From Sandaracinaceae bacterium (GTDB lineage Bacteria > Myxococcota_A > Polyangia > Polyangiales > Sandaracinaceae): a stretch of 64,000 bases of DNA. Shown one piece after another: positions 9,727 to 22,348 of the stretch. The stretch covers positions 19,616 through 83,615 of the forward strand of contig JAVJQK010000024.1 of the NCBI GenBank assembly GCA_040218145.1. Direction: 5' to 3'. The notes beneath the pieces were generated by a model, which made no database searches, was not told the origin of the DNA, and saw only the letters and a list, made by a program, of their open reading frames with translations. How positions within the stretch are numbered: position 1 is the first letter of the stretch; each line of letters begins with the position of its first letter. A program made the position numbers and the translations under genes.

Positions 9727-11400
9727 ATGACTCCTCGCGCGCTGCTCGCCACGCTCACGCTGTTCACGCTCTCGCTCGCGCCGGGGCTCGCCCACGCCGG
9801 CGGCTTCGAGTTCGCCGGGCCCGGGACCCGCGCGCTCGGCCGCGGCGGCGCGTTCATGGCGCGCGCCGACGACCCGATGGCGCTCGGCTACAACCCGGCC
9901 GCGCTCGCCTTCCTGCCGGGCTACCAGCTCCAGCTGGGCAGCCACCTCATCTTCTACGACGCCTGCGTGAACCGACCGGGCGGGTACGACGACAGCGACG
10001 TGTCGGGGAGCTGGGCGTTCGAGAGCCAGTTCGGGGCGCCCGACTCGACCGACCCCACCAACTGGGTCAACCAGCCTTTCCCGCAGGTCTGCCGCGATGG
10101 GCTCCCGGGGCCGAGCCCGCAGCTCGTCTTCACCATGCACCCGATGCCCGGGCTCGGGATCGGCGTCGGCATCCTCGCGCCGTCGGGCGTCGGCAGCGGG
10201 CACTGGGGCAGTGACGACGGGACGATCGACGTCAATGGGCGGTCCCTGCCCACGCCCACACGATACGGGCTCGTGAGTCAGGAGCTGTTGTTGTTCTACC
10301 CCTCGGTCGGCATCGGATACAGCCCGGTGGAATGGCTGAGCTTCGGCGTGACCCTTCAGTGGGGCATCGCGGTCGTCGACTTCGTGAACCACACGAGCGC
10401 GGGCGCCGGTCACGAGGATCCGGGCGATGATGTGCGCACGAATCTGCAGGCCTTCGACGGGTTCGTGCCCGCGGCGATCTTCAGCGCTCACATCGTGCCG
10501 ATCGATCAGATGGACATCACGCTGATGGCGCGGGTCAGCGACGGGATCGACGCGGGCGCGACCCTGAACCTGACCACCGGCACCTACGGCACGGGCGAGG
10601 TCGGGAGCTTGAGGCCGCTGCGCACCGAGCTCCCGGGGACACGGCTCCAGACCGGGCTGCCGATGCAGTTCGGGCTCGGCGTCCGATACGCCGATCGGAC
10701 CGAGCGTCGCTATCGCGATCCCGAGGAGGCGGGGCGTGTCACGGGCCGCATCGAGGACCAGATGCAGAACGAGGTCTGGGACATCGAGCTGGACCTCGTC
10801 TACACGTACAACGGGGCGGTGAAGGACTTCGTGGTCACGCCCCCCGACGGCGCCGCGGCGAACCTGTGCGAGGCGGACGGGACGGATGACCCCGACGGTT
10901 GCATCAGCCGCTTCGACGCCCCCCTGCCCGGACAGCTTCCGCTTCCGCACGGCTGGCGCGACCAGTTCTCCGCCCGTCTGGGCGCGGACTGGAACGTGAT
11001 CCCCGGCACGCTCGCGCTGCGCGCGGGATCGCACTTCGAGACCAGCGGCCTGAACTCACGGTTTCAGATTCAGGACGTCCTCCCGGGCATGCGGCTCGGC
11101 TTGCACCTCGGCGCGACGTTCCGCTTCGACATGGTCGACTTCTCGATCGCCTACGCACACATCTTCCAGTGGAGCGAGACGGTCAGCGCTGCCGACGCCA
11201 ACTACCGTCACGTTGCCGCCACCGGGGACGTCGGCCAGTGTGAAGCGGTGCCTGGAGACGACGGGACGGCGTACGATCCGGGGCGGCCGGTCACCGATCG
11301 GGGCTGCTATCCGCAGGGCTTCGGCAACCCCGTCAACGCGGGGACCTACGCGGCCGAGTTCAACGTGGTGAGCGCCTCGGTGCGCCTTCACTTCCGCTGA
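9727..11400 (+). CDS. Outer-membrane transport protein, FadL/OmpP1/TodX-like
   Basis: Signal peptide. N-terminal GGFEFAGPGTRALGRGGAFMARADDPMALGYNPAALAF is typical of FadL-family barrels. Confidence 0.6.
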   Translation: MTPRALLATLTLFTLSLAPGLAHAGGFEFAGPGTRALGRGGAFMARADDPMALGYNPAALAFLPGYQLQLGSHLIFYDACVNRPGGYDDSDVSGSWAFESQFGAPDSTDPTNWVNQPFPQVCRDGLPGPSPQLVFTMHPMPGLGIGVGILAPSGVGSGHWGSDDGTIDVNGRSLPTPTRYGLVSQELLLFYPSVGIGYSPVEWLSFGVTLQWGIAVVDFVNHTSAGAGHEDPGDDVRTNLQAFDGFVPAAIFSAHIVPIDQMDITLMARVSDGIDAGATLNLTTGTYGTGEVGSLRPLRTELPGTRLQTGLPMQFGLGVRYADRTERRYRDPEEAGRVTGRIEDQMQNEVWDIELDLVYTYNGAVKDFVVTPPDGAAANLCEADGTDDPDGCISRFDAPLPGQLPLPHGWRDQFSARLGADWNVIPGTLALRAGSHFETSGLNSRFQIQDVLPGMRLGLHLGATFRFDMVDFSIAYAHIFQWSETVSAADANYRHVAATGDVGQCEAVPGDDGTAYDPGRPVTDRGCYPQGFGNPVNAGTYAAEFNVVSASVRLHFR

Positions 11401-11437
11401 GCGTGCGCCACGGGCCGGAGCAGGATACTTCCAAGGG

Positions 11438-11860
11438 GTGGGAGTCTGGCAACGGCCCGGCACGCGGCGGATGCTCGTCGCGAACGATCACTTCGAGGTG
11501 GTCGACGACGGCGCGATCGTCTGGGCGAGGCGCACGGCCACCGGGTTCGAGACGCCCAAGGAGGTCTCCGACGTGCACGCGGACATCGTGCGCGTCCTCG
11601 ACCGGCTCCCGCGAGACGCGCGGCAGCTCTTCCTCGATCTGCGACGCGCGGTCGGGCGCAACGACCCCGAGTTCGAGCAGGCGCTCGCCCCCCACCGGAA
11701 GCGCTTCCTCCACGGCTGGGTGCGCACGGTGATCCTCGTCCGCAGTCAGGTGGGGCGGATGCAGGTGCAGCGGCACGGCGGCGACGACGGCGGCAAGCCC
11801 ATCGTGGTGACCGATCCGGCCGAGGCGGCGCGCCTGCTGGGGGTCGACGCGATCGAATGA
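11438..11860 (+). CDS. Hypothetical small protein, paralog A of a tandem pair
   Basis: Shares RNDPEFE..APHRKRF..TVILVRSQVGRMQVQRHG with the next ORF. Confidence 0.5.
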   Translation: MGVWQRPGTRRMLVANDHFEVVDDGAIVWARRTATGFETPKEVSDVHADIVRVLDRLPRDARQLFLDLRRAVGRNDPEFEQALAPHRKRFLHGWVRTVILVRSQVGRMQVQRHGGDDGGKPIVVTDPAEAARLLGVDAIE

Positions 11861-12231
11861 CGCCCTGGGTGAGCCTCGAGACGCACGGCGCGCGCGCCGT
11901 CCGCGTGATCCGCCACGACGTCCCCTTCGACACGCTCGAGGACGTGGTGACGGCGTATGGCGGCGCGGCTGACGCGCTCGAGCGGATGGATCGCGCGCGG
12001 ATGGGGGTGGTGGTCGATCTCCGGAGCGCCCCCAGCCGCAACGATCCCGCGTTCGAGGCGACGGTGGCGCCGCTGCGAAAGCGGCTCTTCACGGACTTCG
12101 CGCGCCGCGCGGTCCTGGTGCGGAGCGCGGTGGGCAAGCTCCAGGTGAAGCGCCACGCGGCGCAGGACGGAATCGACGTGGAGGTCTTTCACGACCTGGA
12201 CGAGGCCGTCGCCTGGATCTCGACGCCGTGA
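11857..12231 (+). CDS. Hypothetical small protein, paralog B of the tandem pair (ATGA overlap with A)
   Basis: [32 protein letters not shown]. Its start overlaps the stop of the previous ORF. Confidence 0.5.
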   Translation: MTPWVSLETHGARAVRVIRHDVPFDTLEDVVTAYGGAADALERMDRARMGVVVDLRSAPSRNDPAFEATVAPLRKRLFTDFARRAVLVRSAVGKLQVKRHAAQDGIDVEVFHDLDEAVAWISTP

Positions 12232-12292
12232 GAGAGCGCCTTGGGGGCGGACCTCGGACGCGATACCCAGGGCTCGGAGTAGGAGGAACCCT

Positions 12293-14532
<2,240 letters not shown>

Positions 14533-14536
<4 letters not shown>

Positions 14537-16020
14537 GCGGCGTCGCGGAGCTCGCCGATCGGCGGGCCGACCCGCGGCGCGTCGCGCGCTGGATGGCGCT
14601 CGTCGCGTGCGTGTGTGCGGCGCTCGGCCCCCTCGCCGCGGAGCGGCTGCTGGCGACGGCGGATCGAGAGACGGAGGGCGGGCCGCTGCTCCGCGCGCTC
14701 GCCTCGGACGCCGCTCCGACCGGGCCGCCGGGCAGGGTGGTCGTCTTGCTCGTCGACGGATTGCGCCGTGACGAGGCGGCGCGCCTGCCCGCGTGGCGAC
14801 GCCTGGCGCCGGAGTCGGTCACGGGGACGGTCGCGCTGGACGAGCCGACCCTCAGCCGGCCCTACTACCATGCGCTCTTCACGGGGGTCCCGCAGGACGC
14901 GTCCGGGGTGCGCAGCAACCGCTTCGGGTCGCGCGCGCGGCACGACTCGGTGATGGACCGGGTCCGCGCGGCGGGCGGCGAGGTGACGGTGGTCGCCGAG
15001 GGGCTCGACTGGATGCGGCGCATGCACGGGCCGGCCGGCGGCTCGGACGCCCGAGACGCGCTCCAGGGAGAGCTCGCGGCGCGCGGATCGCCGGGGCTGC
15101 TGGTGGTGCACGTCGTGTCGACGGACCGGACCGCGCACGAGGAGGGGATCCGCGCGGCGTCGCATCGAGACGCGCTGGCGCTGACGGACGCGGTGCTGTC
15201 CAGGCTGGCCCGGATCGAAGGCGCGACGCTGGTCGTGACGAGCGATCACGGGCACCTCGACGAGGGCGGCCACGGCGGCCTCGAGCCCATCGTCGCGCGC
15301 GCCCCGCTCCTGGTTCGCGCGCCCGGGCTGGCTCCTTCGCGGCTCGACGCGCCGGTCCGCGCGCCCGCGCTCGCGCCCATGCTGTCCCACTGGCTCGGCG
15401 TGGCGCGTCCGCGGTCCGCCACCGAAGCGCCGCCCGTCGCGCTCGTGGGCGGCGCCGGGGAGGACGAGTGGTACCGGCGGGCCACCGCGCTCGTCGTCAC
15501 GCACCGCGCGCTCGAGCGCGCCCGCCTCTCGCGCATGCACCGCTGGATCCTGCCGCCGCTCGCCTTCGCGCTCTTCGCGTTGATCGGGCCCATCAAGCGA
15601 GGCTTCGGCCTGGACCGCGCAGTACCCGTTGCGATGGTTCTGTGGCCGGCGCTGCTCCTCGGGCTGCACGTCGCGATGGGGCGCCCGCTCTCGCTCTCGG
15701 CGATCGACGCGCGTCCGGATCACGTGGCGCGCGTGCTCTTCCTCGGCGCGGGCGCCGCCTTGCTCGCGATCGCCCTCGCGCTCCCGCTCGCGCGTGGGGC
15801 GTTGCGGCTTCGTCTCGCGCGCGTGGCCGCGACGGTGGGCTGGAGCCAGCTCGCCGTGACGCTGCTCGCGCTGGCCTGGGTCGGGTTCGCGTTGGGGCCG
15901 TGGCCGCTCAGCCCGCTCGAGCGCTATCTGCCCCTGCTCCTCGCGGGCGCGAGCGCCGCCGCGCTGCCCGTCGTCGCGGTTTCGCTCTACGCGTCGGCGT
16001 GGGGGAGCGGCGCGCGGTAG
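14533..16020 (+). CDS. Membrane-anchored alkaline-phosphatase-superfamily protein (type I phosphodiesterase/NPP-like core with C-terminal multi-TM domain)
   Basis: GTGA overlap with the upstream gene. [16 protein letters not shown] and VVTSDHGH metal-site motifs. N-terminal and C-terminal hydrophobic segments. Confidence 0.65.
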
Positions 16021-16089
16021 CCACGAAGTCGCGGGCAAGGGCAGGGGCACGGGCAGGGGCAAGGGGCCGGGCGCCTGGCGGCCCCCGGG

Positions 16090-17472
16090 CTAGCGCGGCC
16101 GGATGATGACGGGCATGCCGTCCGAGGGGGCGAAGGTGACGCTCCGGCGGACGAGGCGGATGTCGACGCCGGGCGCGGCCTCGGGGGTGAGGTGTCGGAG
16201 CACGGTCGCGAGCACGACCTGCATCTCGTAGAGGGCGAAGGCCATGCCGATGCAGCGTCGGACGCCGCCGCCGAACGGGAAGAAGGTGTAGGGGCTCGGC
16301 TTCGCGTCCAGGAAGCGGCTCGGGTCGAAGCGATCCGGCTCGGGCCAGATGTCGGGGCTGCGGTGGGTGAGGTAGATGTTCGGCACCGCGACGACTCCGG
16401 CGGGGAGCGCGACGCCGCCGAACTCCATCGGGCGCTGCAGGCCGCGTCCCACCAAGGGCACGACGGGGTTGAGGCGCAGCGTCTCCTTGATGACCGCGTC
16501 GAGCCACTTCAGCTCGCGCACCGCGTCCGGGTCGATCTCGCCGTCCGGGAACGCCTCGTCCAGCTCCGCCTGCAGCCGCGCGAGCGCCTCGGGGTGCCGG
16601 ATGAGGCGGTGAAGGGTCCAGGCGAGCGAGGTCGCGGTGGTCTCGTGCCCCGCGAGCAGCAGCGTCATCAGCTCGTCCCGCAGCTCCTGCTCGAGCATGC
16701 GCTCGCCGTTCTCGTCGGTGGCCTCGACGAGCATCGACAGGACGTCTTGCCGGTCGGAGCGACCCTCCGCGCGGCGCTCGCGGATCTGGGCGAAGAGGAT
16801 GCGGTCGACCTCCTCGAGGCAGCGGCGAAGGCGGCCGCCGGGGGTGCGCGGGCCGAGGTCGACGCGAAAGGCGGGCACGAGCAAGAGCGGGTTCGAGACG
16901 CCCTCGAGCAGCTCCGAGAGCCGGGCGCGCAGCTCAGCCAGCGCGGCGCCGTCCTCCATGCCGAAGACCGTGCGCAGGATGACGTCGAGGGTGATCGCCT
17001 GCGTGTGCGCGTGAACCGAGAAGACCTCTCCCCGGGGCCAGGTGGCCATCGAGGCGAGGGTCAGATCGCGCATCGTCTCGCCGTACTGGCGCATGCGCTG
17101 GCCGTGGAAGGGCGGCAGCAGCAGCCGCCGCTGGCGCATGTGGCGCGGCCCGTCGAGCAGGAGCACGGAGTGCTCGCCGAGGATCGGCTCGAGCACCGCG
17201 TTGGCTTCGCCCGCGTGGAGATCGTCGCTCGGCCCGGTGAAGACCGCCTTGATCGCGTCGGGCGTCGACAGCGACACGAAGGGCGGCATGCCGACGAGCC
17301 GCATCGTGAACGTCTCGCCGTAGCGCGCGCGGGCGCGGCGGATGAACGAGATGGGCTTGCGGATCCAGAGGGCGGTCTGCACGGCGGCCGGCGCGGGCGG
17401 GCCCGGCGGAAGTCGCCCGTGAGCGCCGCGAGACCGCACCGTCTCGACCGCGGCGGCGAGGGAGGTGAGCAC
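16090..17472 (-). CDS. Cytochrome P450
   Basis: Heme loop FGGGVRRCIGMAFA. ETLR and AGHETT motifs. Confidence 0.9.
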   Translation of the reverse strand: MLTSLAAAVETVRSRGAHGRLPPGPPAPAAVQTALWIRKPISFIRRARARYGETFTMRLVGMPPFVSLSTPDAIKAVFTGPSDDLHAGEANAVLEPILGEHSVLLLDGPRHMRQRRLLLPPFHGQRMRQYGETMRDLTLASMATWPRGEVFSVHAHTQAITLDVILRTVFGMEDGAALAELRARLSELLEGVSNPLLLVPAFRVDLGPRTPGGRLRRCLEEVDRILFAQIRERRAEGRSDRQDVLSMLVEATDENGERMLEQELRDELMTLLLAGHETTATSLAWTLHRLIRHPEALARLQAELDEAFPDGEIDPDAVRELKWLDAVIKETLRLNPVVPLVGRGLQRPMEFGGVALPAGVVAVPNIYLTHRSPDIWPEPDRFDPSRFLDAKPSPYTFFPFGGGVRRCIGMAFALYEMQVVLATVLRHLTPEAAPGVDIRLVRRSVTFAPSDGMPVIIRPR

Positions 17473-17486
17473 GTGCCCAGTATAGG

Positions 17487-18338
17487 TCAGAGATCGGCGA
17501 GGCCGAGGAGCACGAGGCAGAGATCCGCGACGTCGGTCGCGTCCGCCTCCGAGGTGCAGCCCACGGCGCGCTCGGCCTCACAGACCAGGCGCTGATAGCT
17601 CGGGGTGTCGAGGGTGCGCGGGCCCCAGACGACGACCTGGTGGTCGGCGAGGTCACCGCTCGAGAGCAGCCGGAGCTCCTCGTCGGTGCCGGCGCGTCGG
17701 TCCATCAGGACGAGGGAGATGTCGTCGCCACAGAGGCGCAGGCGGCTCAGGGTCGCCTCGACGCTGCGGGCCACGCGGAGCTCGGCGCGGGCGCCGACGA
17801 AGTGCTGGAGGGCCGTCACGGCGGCCTCGTCCTCGCACCAAAGGAGGATGGTGCAGCCGCTGGGCCGCGGGATCAGCGTGGGGATGGGCCCGGTCCGGCG
17901 ACGGCGCACCGCGCGCACGCCCGACGCGGCCGCGGTCTGGGGGACTGCCTCGGGCTCGGCCTCCAGCTCGGCGTCCAGATCGAGCTCGATGTCGACCTCC
18001 ACCTCTTCGAAGCGCCGCGGGGGCGGCTCGGTGGCGGGGAGCAGGAGGGCTCGGACCTGGCGGCGGGCTTCGTCCGCGCCCGCGAGCCCGAGCCGGTTGC
18101 CGAGCAGCGGGTAGAGGTGCTGGTCGATCCACGCGCCGATCTCGAGCTGCTCGTCCTCGGGACGCGCCCGCTGGATGTCCCACTTGGCCCGCCGGAGCAT
18201 CTCCTCCCGGTTCATCGGGTCCATCAGGGCGTCGAGCGCCTCGTTCAGGAGGAAGGCGCGCATCTCGCGCGGGACACGCGCGGCGCGCTGGACCGGGAGG
18301 TCCGGGACGGTCAGTGCTTTCTTCCGGGCGGCGCTCAT
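17487..18338 (-). CDS. Hypothetical protein with C-terminal receiver (REC)-like domain
   Basis: ILLWCEDEA ... ISLVLMD resembles a response-regulator receiver. 14-nt gap to the P450 gene. Confidence 0.5.
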   Translation of the reverse strand: MSAARKKALTVPDLPVQRAARVPREMRAFLLNEALDALMDPMNREEMLRRAKWDIQRARPEDEQLEIGAWIDQHLYPLLGNRLGLAGADEARRQVRALLLPATEPPPRRFEEVEVDIELDLDAELEAEPEAVPQTAAASGVRAVRRRRTGPIPTLIPRPSGCTILLWCEDEAAVTALQHFVGARAELRVARSVEATLSRLRLCGDDISLVLMDRRAGTDEELRLLSSGDLADHQVVVWGPRTLDTPSYQRLVCEAERAVGCTSEADATDVADLCLVLLGLADL

Positions 18339-18396
18339 CGGTGTCCTTCGTTGCCCCTCGCCCGAGGGAACGGCCGCGCCCGCCCGATCTTGAGAG

Positions 18397-20088
18397 CTAC
18401 TCCACGCGGTGCGCGATCTCGGGCGGCTGCTTGTGGAAGGCGTTCCGCGCCGGGTCGTTGAAGCTCTCCCAGTCCAGCGCGAAGGGCGTGATCGTGGTCT
18501 CGCCGTCCCGGGCGCGGTGCAGGGTCATGCCCATCGGGGTCACGCCGCGATAGCTGCTCCGCGGGGGTAGATCGCGGTTGTCGCGGCCGCCCGCGCTGAA
18601 GAGGGTGATGAGCAGGCCGGCGTCGTCGTCGTAGATGCGGCGGAACCCCTCCTCGACCTTCTCGTGGCCGCGCACCAGCGTCGTGCAGCCGATGCGGCGC
18701 ATGAAGGACGCGAACTGCAGCTTGCCGAAGGGGAAGCGCGCCGTCTGCTCCTGCAGGGCGGCCGGGATCACGTCGGCCGCGCTCGGGTCGCTCCACATCA
18801 TCTGGAAGCGGACGTCGGGGTCGTTGAGGGTGGACAGATCCTGCCAGCGCTCCTTGATGACCCGGTCGCGCGGGATGCCGGCGTGCACGAAGAGGGTCTG
18901 GTCGAAGAGCAGCACGTTGGGCAGCACGTCGAAGAGCGCCATGTAGCGTCGGAACACGTCGACGGGGAGGTGCGGCTTCAGCGAGTTGATCGCCTCGGCC
19001 GGCTTCACCCCGCCGTACACCTGCCCCTGGTACTCGATGTAGTACTCGTGGTTGCCGCGGAGCACGTAGACGTGGTCGGGGGCGCGAGTGGCCATCTCCA
19101 TCACGGTCCGCAGCACGCCGTTCAGGCTGAAGATGCCGCGGTCGATGTAGTCGCCGAGCAGGACCAGCTTCGGGTTGGGGTGGTTGTCGGGGTCCTTCTT
19201 CCAGGCCTCCAGCTTCTCGAAGAAGCGCGCCTGCATGACCCCGGCCTTCAGGCAGCTGTAGCAGCCGTGCAGGTCGCCGAGCACCGTCAGCTCGTGCGCC
19301 TCGCCGTCCTTCGGCATGAGCACGTGCGTGTGTCCGTCGAGGAACGAGGCGCCCCGCTCCAGCTCGCCGACCGTCTTGGCGCCGCCGAGCCGCCCCGCCC
19401 CCGCCTTCGCCCGCCGCTCGAGGGTGTCGATCATGCGGTCGACCAGCGCGAGATCCGCCGCCACCTGTTTTTCGATCTTGGCCGGGTCGGCGCTGTAGTG
19501 GAACTCGAACTGCTGGAAGAACGGGTGGTCCGCCTCCGCCCGCACGGTGACGGGCGCGGAGACCGACGCGCGCGGCCCCTCCGAGATGTCCTCGAGCAGC
19601 TCCATCTCCACCGGGGTCTCGAGCAACGCGGCGAGCTCCGCCCGGAACTTCAGCTCCGCCGGGTGCAGCTCTCCGTCCGCGCGGATCAGCTCGTCGACGC
19701 TCTCGAGCAGGGCCTCCTGGTTGTCCCGGTCGAAGCCCTGGAACAGCTCGAAGCAGCGCTGCTTGAGCTTCGCGTGCACGAAGTCGTCGCGGCTCTCGTC
19801 CTTGGCCACGGGCTCGTGGAAGAGCTCCTCGACCTTCGCGTCGATGCGCTCGAACTTCTCGTGGAAGTGCTTGGTGAAGCGCGCCACCAGATCGGCGCGG
19901 ACCTCGGGCGTGGCGTCGGGCATGCCGGTGTCCACGCGGCGCTCCACCAGCCCGCGGATCGTGTCGAGGATCAGCCCCTTCTCGGCCTCGTCGAAGTCGC
20001 CGTCGATGTAGCCGAAGGTGGTCAAAGAGAAGACGAGCGCGTCCATCTGGCGTTCGGCCACGGCCGGATCGGTGCTGAAGCGGAGCAT
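18397..20088 (-). CDS. PPP-family Ser/Thr protein phosphatase (calcineurin-like metallophosphoesterase) with ~300-aa N-terminal extension
   Basis: GDLHG, GDYIDRG and RGNHE motifs. Confidence 0.8.
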   Translation of the reverse strand: MLRFSTDPAVAERQMDALVFSLTTFGYIDGDFDEAEKGLILDTIRGLVERRVDTGMPDATPEVRADLVARFTKHFHEKFERIDAKVEELFHEPVAKDESRDDFVHAKLKQRCFELFQGFDRDNQEALLESVDELIRADGELHPAELKFRAELAALLETPVEMELLEDISEGPRASVSAPVTVRAEADHPFFQQFEFHYSADPAKIEKQVAADLALVDRMIDTLERRAKAGAGRLGGAKTVGELERGASFLDGHTHVLMPKDGEAHELTVLGDLHGCYSCLKAGVMQARFFEKLEAWKKDPDNHPNPKLVLLGDYIDRGIFSLNGVLRTVMEMATRAPDHVYVLRGNHEYYIEYQGQVYGGVKPAEAINSLKPHLPVDVFRRYMALFDVLPNVLLFDQTLFVHAGIPRDRVIKERWQDLSTLNDPDVRFQMMWSDPSAADVIPAALQEQTARFPFGKLQFASFMRRIGCTTLVRGHEKVEEGFRRIYDDDAGLLITLFSAGGRDNRDLPPRSSYRGVTPMGMTLHRARDGETTITPFALDWESFNDPARNAFHKQPPEIAHRVE

Positions 20089-20189
20089 GTCGGGAGGATA
20101 CCTCCGTCTCGAAGGTGCGGACGGGGCGTCGCGTGGTTACGCTTTGCGGCGCGGCGGGGCGGCCTTAGGTCCTGCTTGGAGCGAGATTT

Positions 20190-21197
20190 TTGTCGGAGGC
20201 ACCCCCCAGCGTCGATGAAGCGGCCGAGTACGCGGCCGAGCAAGCAGAGCTGTTCAAGGGGAGCCACCGGGCTCTGTGGCGGCGCTTCCGGCGCCAGCCG
20301 ATCGAGCTCCGTCAGTTCGCCGGGCCGGAGGAGCACGTGCAGATGGTCGACCACCTCCGGGTGGCGCACCTGACGGACATGCACTTCGGGCGGGTCACCC
20401 CCGAGCGCGTGCAGCGCGAGGCGATCCGCATGACCAACGCGCAGGCGCCCGACCTCGTGGTCATCACGGGCGACTTCGTCTGCCACAGCCAGATGTATCT
20501 GGAGCAGCTGACGTCGGTGCTCTCGGAGCTCCAGGCCCCGACGATCGGCGTGCTCGGCAACCACGACTACTGGTCCGGCGCCGACGAGGTGCACCGCGCG
20601 CTCCGGAAGGCGGGCGTGGAGATCCTCAAGAACCGCAACACGGTGATCACGCTGCGGCACGAGCGGCTCCAGATCGTCGGTTTGGACGACGCCTACACCG
20701 GCCACGCGGATCGGTGGGAGGCGGTCAAGGGCCTGCGCAAGGACCTCCCGACGGTGGGGCTGAGCCACATCGCCGAGGAAGCCGACTGGCTCTGGAACCA
20801 CGACGTGCCGCTCGTGCTCGCGGGCCACACGCACGCGGGGCAGGTCACGCTCGCGCGGCTGCACGAACTGGCGGTGGGCAAGCTCGCGGGACACAAGTAC
20901 GTGCACGGCCTGTACGGGGCGCGCCAGAACGGCGGGCCGGCCAAGGGCGCGCTCTACGTCGGCGCGGGCATCGGGGCGGCGGTCATGCCCTTCCGCATCG
21001 GAGAGCGCGGTCGGCGCGAGGTGGCCTTGTTCGAGCTGGGGCTGCAGATCGGCTCGGTCGACGAGCACCACGAAGAGCAGGCCCCGCTGCCCGGGCGAAA
21101 GCCCACGCAGGCGCAGGTCGAGAAGCGCCGCGCGGCCGTGAAGAAGAAGGCCGAGAAGCGCGAGAAGAAGCGGCAGAAGGCCCGGAAGAAGACCTGA
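20190..21197 (+). CDS. Metallophosphoesterase (YkuE-like) with Lys-rich C-terminal tail
   Basis: DMHFG, GDFV, GNHD and GHTH motifs. Tail KRRAAVKKKAEKREKKRQKARKKT. Confidence 0.75.
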   Translation: MSEAPPSVDEAAEYAAEQAELFKGSHRALWRRFRRQPIELRQFAGPEEHVQMVDHLRVAHLTDMHFGRVTPERVQREAIRMTNAQAPDLVVITGDFVCHSQMYLEQLTSVLSELQAPTIGVLGNHDYWSGADEVHRALRKAGVEILKNRNTVITLRHERLQIVGLDDAYTGHADRWEAVKGLRKDLPTVGLSHIAEEADWLWNHDVPLVLAGHTHAGQVTLARLHELAVGKLAGHKYVHGLYGARQNGGPAKGALYVGAGIGAAVMPFRIGERGRREVALFELGLQIGSVDEHHEEQAPLPGRKPTQAQVEKRRAAVKKKAEKREKKRQKARKKT

Positions 21198-22322
21198 TCA
21201 GAGCCGCGCGAGCACGCGCCGCGCGAGCGCCTCGGACGCGGTGATGCCCGGAGACTCGATGCCGACGAGGTGCACGACCCGCGCGGGCGTCTCCTCGAGC
21301 ACGAAGTCCCGCTTGGCTTCTCCGGGGCCGTAGAGCTTCGGTCGCACGCCCGCGTAGTCCGGCGAGAGATCCTCGTCGCGCACTTCGGGCAGGTAGCGGC
21401 GCAGCGCGGCCCCGAAGCGCGCCGCCTTGCTCGGGTCGACGTCGTAGCGCGGCGGGCTCGGATCGCTCGCGTCGAGATACTCGGTGTCGAGATACTCGGT
21501 GTCGGGCCCCGCGCGGAAGGCCCCTCCGAGGTCCATCGTCACGTGCACGCCGAGGCCGGCCGCCGTGGGGAGCGGGTAGACCAGGCGCTGGCAGAGCCGG
21601 CCGAGCCGGGGCGCGATCGCGAAGTAGTCGCCCTTGCAGGGGCGGATGCGCCACCCGCGCGCGTCCACGTCCACGCCCGCCATCGCCGCGACCCGATCCG
21701 AGGCGAGCCCGGCCGCGTTGACGACCGCGCCCGCCCGCACCGAGAAGCGGGCGTCACCGCGGCGCGTGTCCACCTGGTAGCCGTCGCCGCGCGGCGCGAA
21801 GCCGACGACCTCGGTGTGGTACGCGAAGCTCGCCCCGAAGGCCTGCGCCTCGGCCACGTAGCTCTGGCAGAGGCCGTGCACGTCGACGATCCCGGACTCC
21901 GGGGAGCGAAGCGCGCAGCGCGCGACCACGCGCGGCTCGAGGCGCGTGATGGCCGCGCCGTCGATCAGGCTCAGCGCGCCGGCTCCGTTGCGGGTGCCCA
22001 CCTCGAGGAGGGGTTCGAGCGCGGCCTCGTCCCCGGGCTCGGTGGCGACCACGAGCTTCTCGGTCTTGCGGTGCGCCACGCCGTCCCGCGCGCAGCGCGC
22101 GTAGAGGAGCGAGCGACCCTCGACGCACGTCTCCGCCATCAGGGAGCCCGTCGGGTAGTAGAGGCCCGCGTGGATCACCCCGCTGTTGCGGCTCGTGGTC
22201 TCGCGGCCCGGCCCGCCCTCGCGGTCGAGGACCACCACCTCGCGGCCGGCCCGCGCGATCGCCGCGGCGCAGGCGAGCCCGACCGCGCCGGCTCCCACGA
22301 TGACGACGTCGACCTCGTGCAC
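21198..22322 (-). CDS. FAD-dependent oxidoreductase, L-2-hydroxyglutarate oxidase/dehydrogenase (LhgO)-like
   Basis: VVIVGAGAVG dinucleotide fold. NSGVIHAGLYY motif. Confidence 0.7.
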   Translation of the reverse strand: MHEVDVVIVGAGAVGLACAAAIARAGREVVVLDREGGPGRETTSRNSGVIHAGLYYPTGSLMAETCVEGRSLLYARCARDGVAHRKTEKLVVATEPGDEAALEPLLEVGTRNGAGALSLIDGAAITRLEPRVVARCALRSPESGIVDVHGLCQSYVAEAQAFGASFAYHTEVVGFAPRGDGYQVDTRRGDARFSVRAGAVVNAAGLASDRVAAMAGVDVDARGWRIRPCKGDYFAIAPRLGRLCQRLVYPLPTAAGLGVHVTMDLGGAFRAGPDTEYLDTEYLDASDPSPPRYDVDPSKAARFGAALRRYLPEVRDEDLSPDYAGVRPKLYGPGEAKRDFVLEETPARVVHLVGIESPGITASEALARRVLARL

Positions 22323-22348
22323 GCCCGGCAGAGTGTACAGTCCGGCCC

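Noticed and set aside
7627-11034. 1,135-aa ORF on the minus strand spanning the kinase, lipoprotein and OMP genes
   Set aside because: It is antisense to three genes with strong motif support. Its composition is Arg/Gly/Pro-biased, typical of wrong-frame reading in 70% GC DNA, and it has no recognisable domains.
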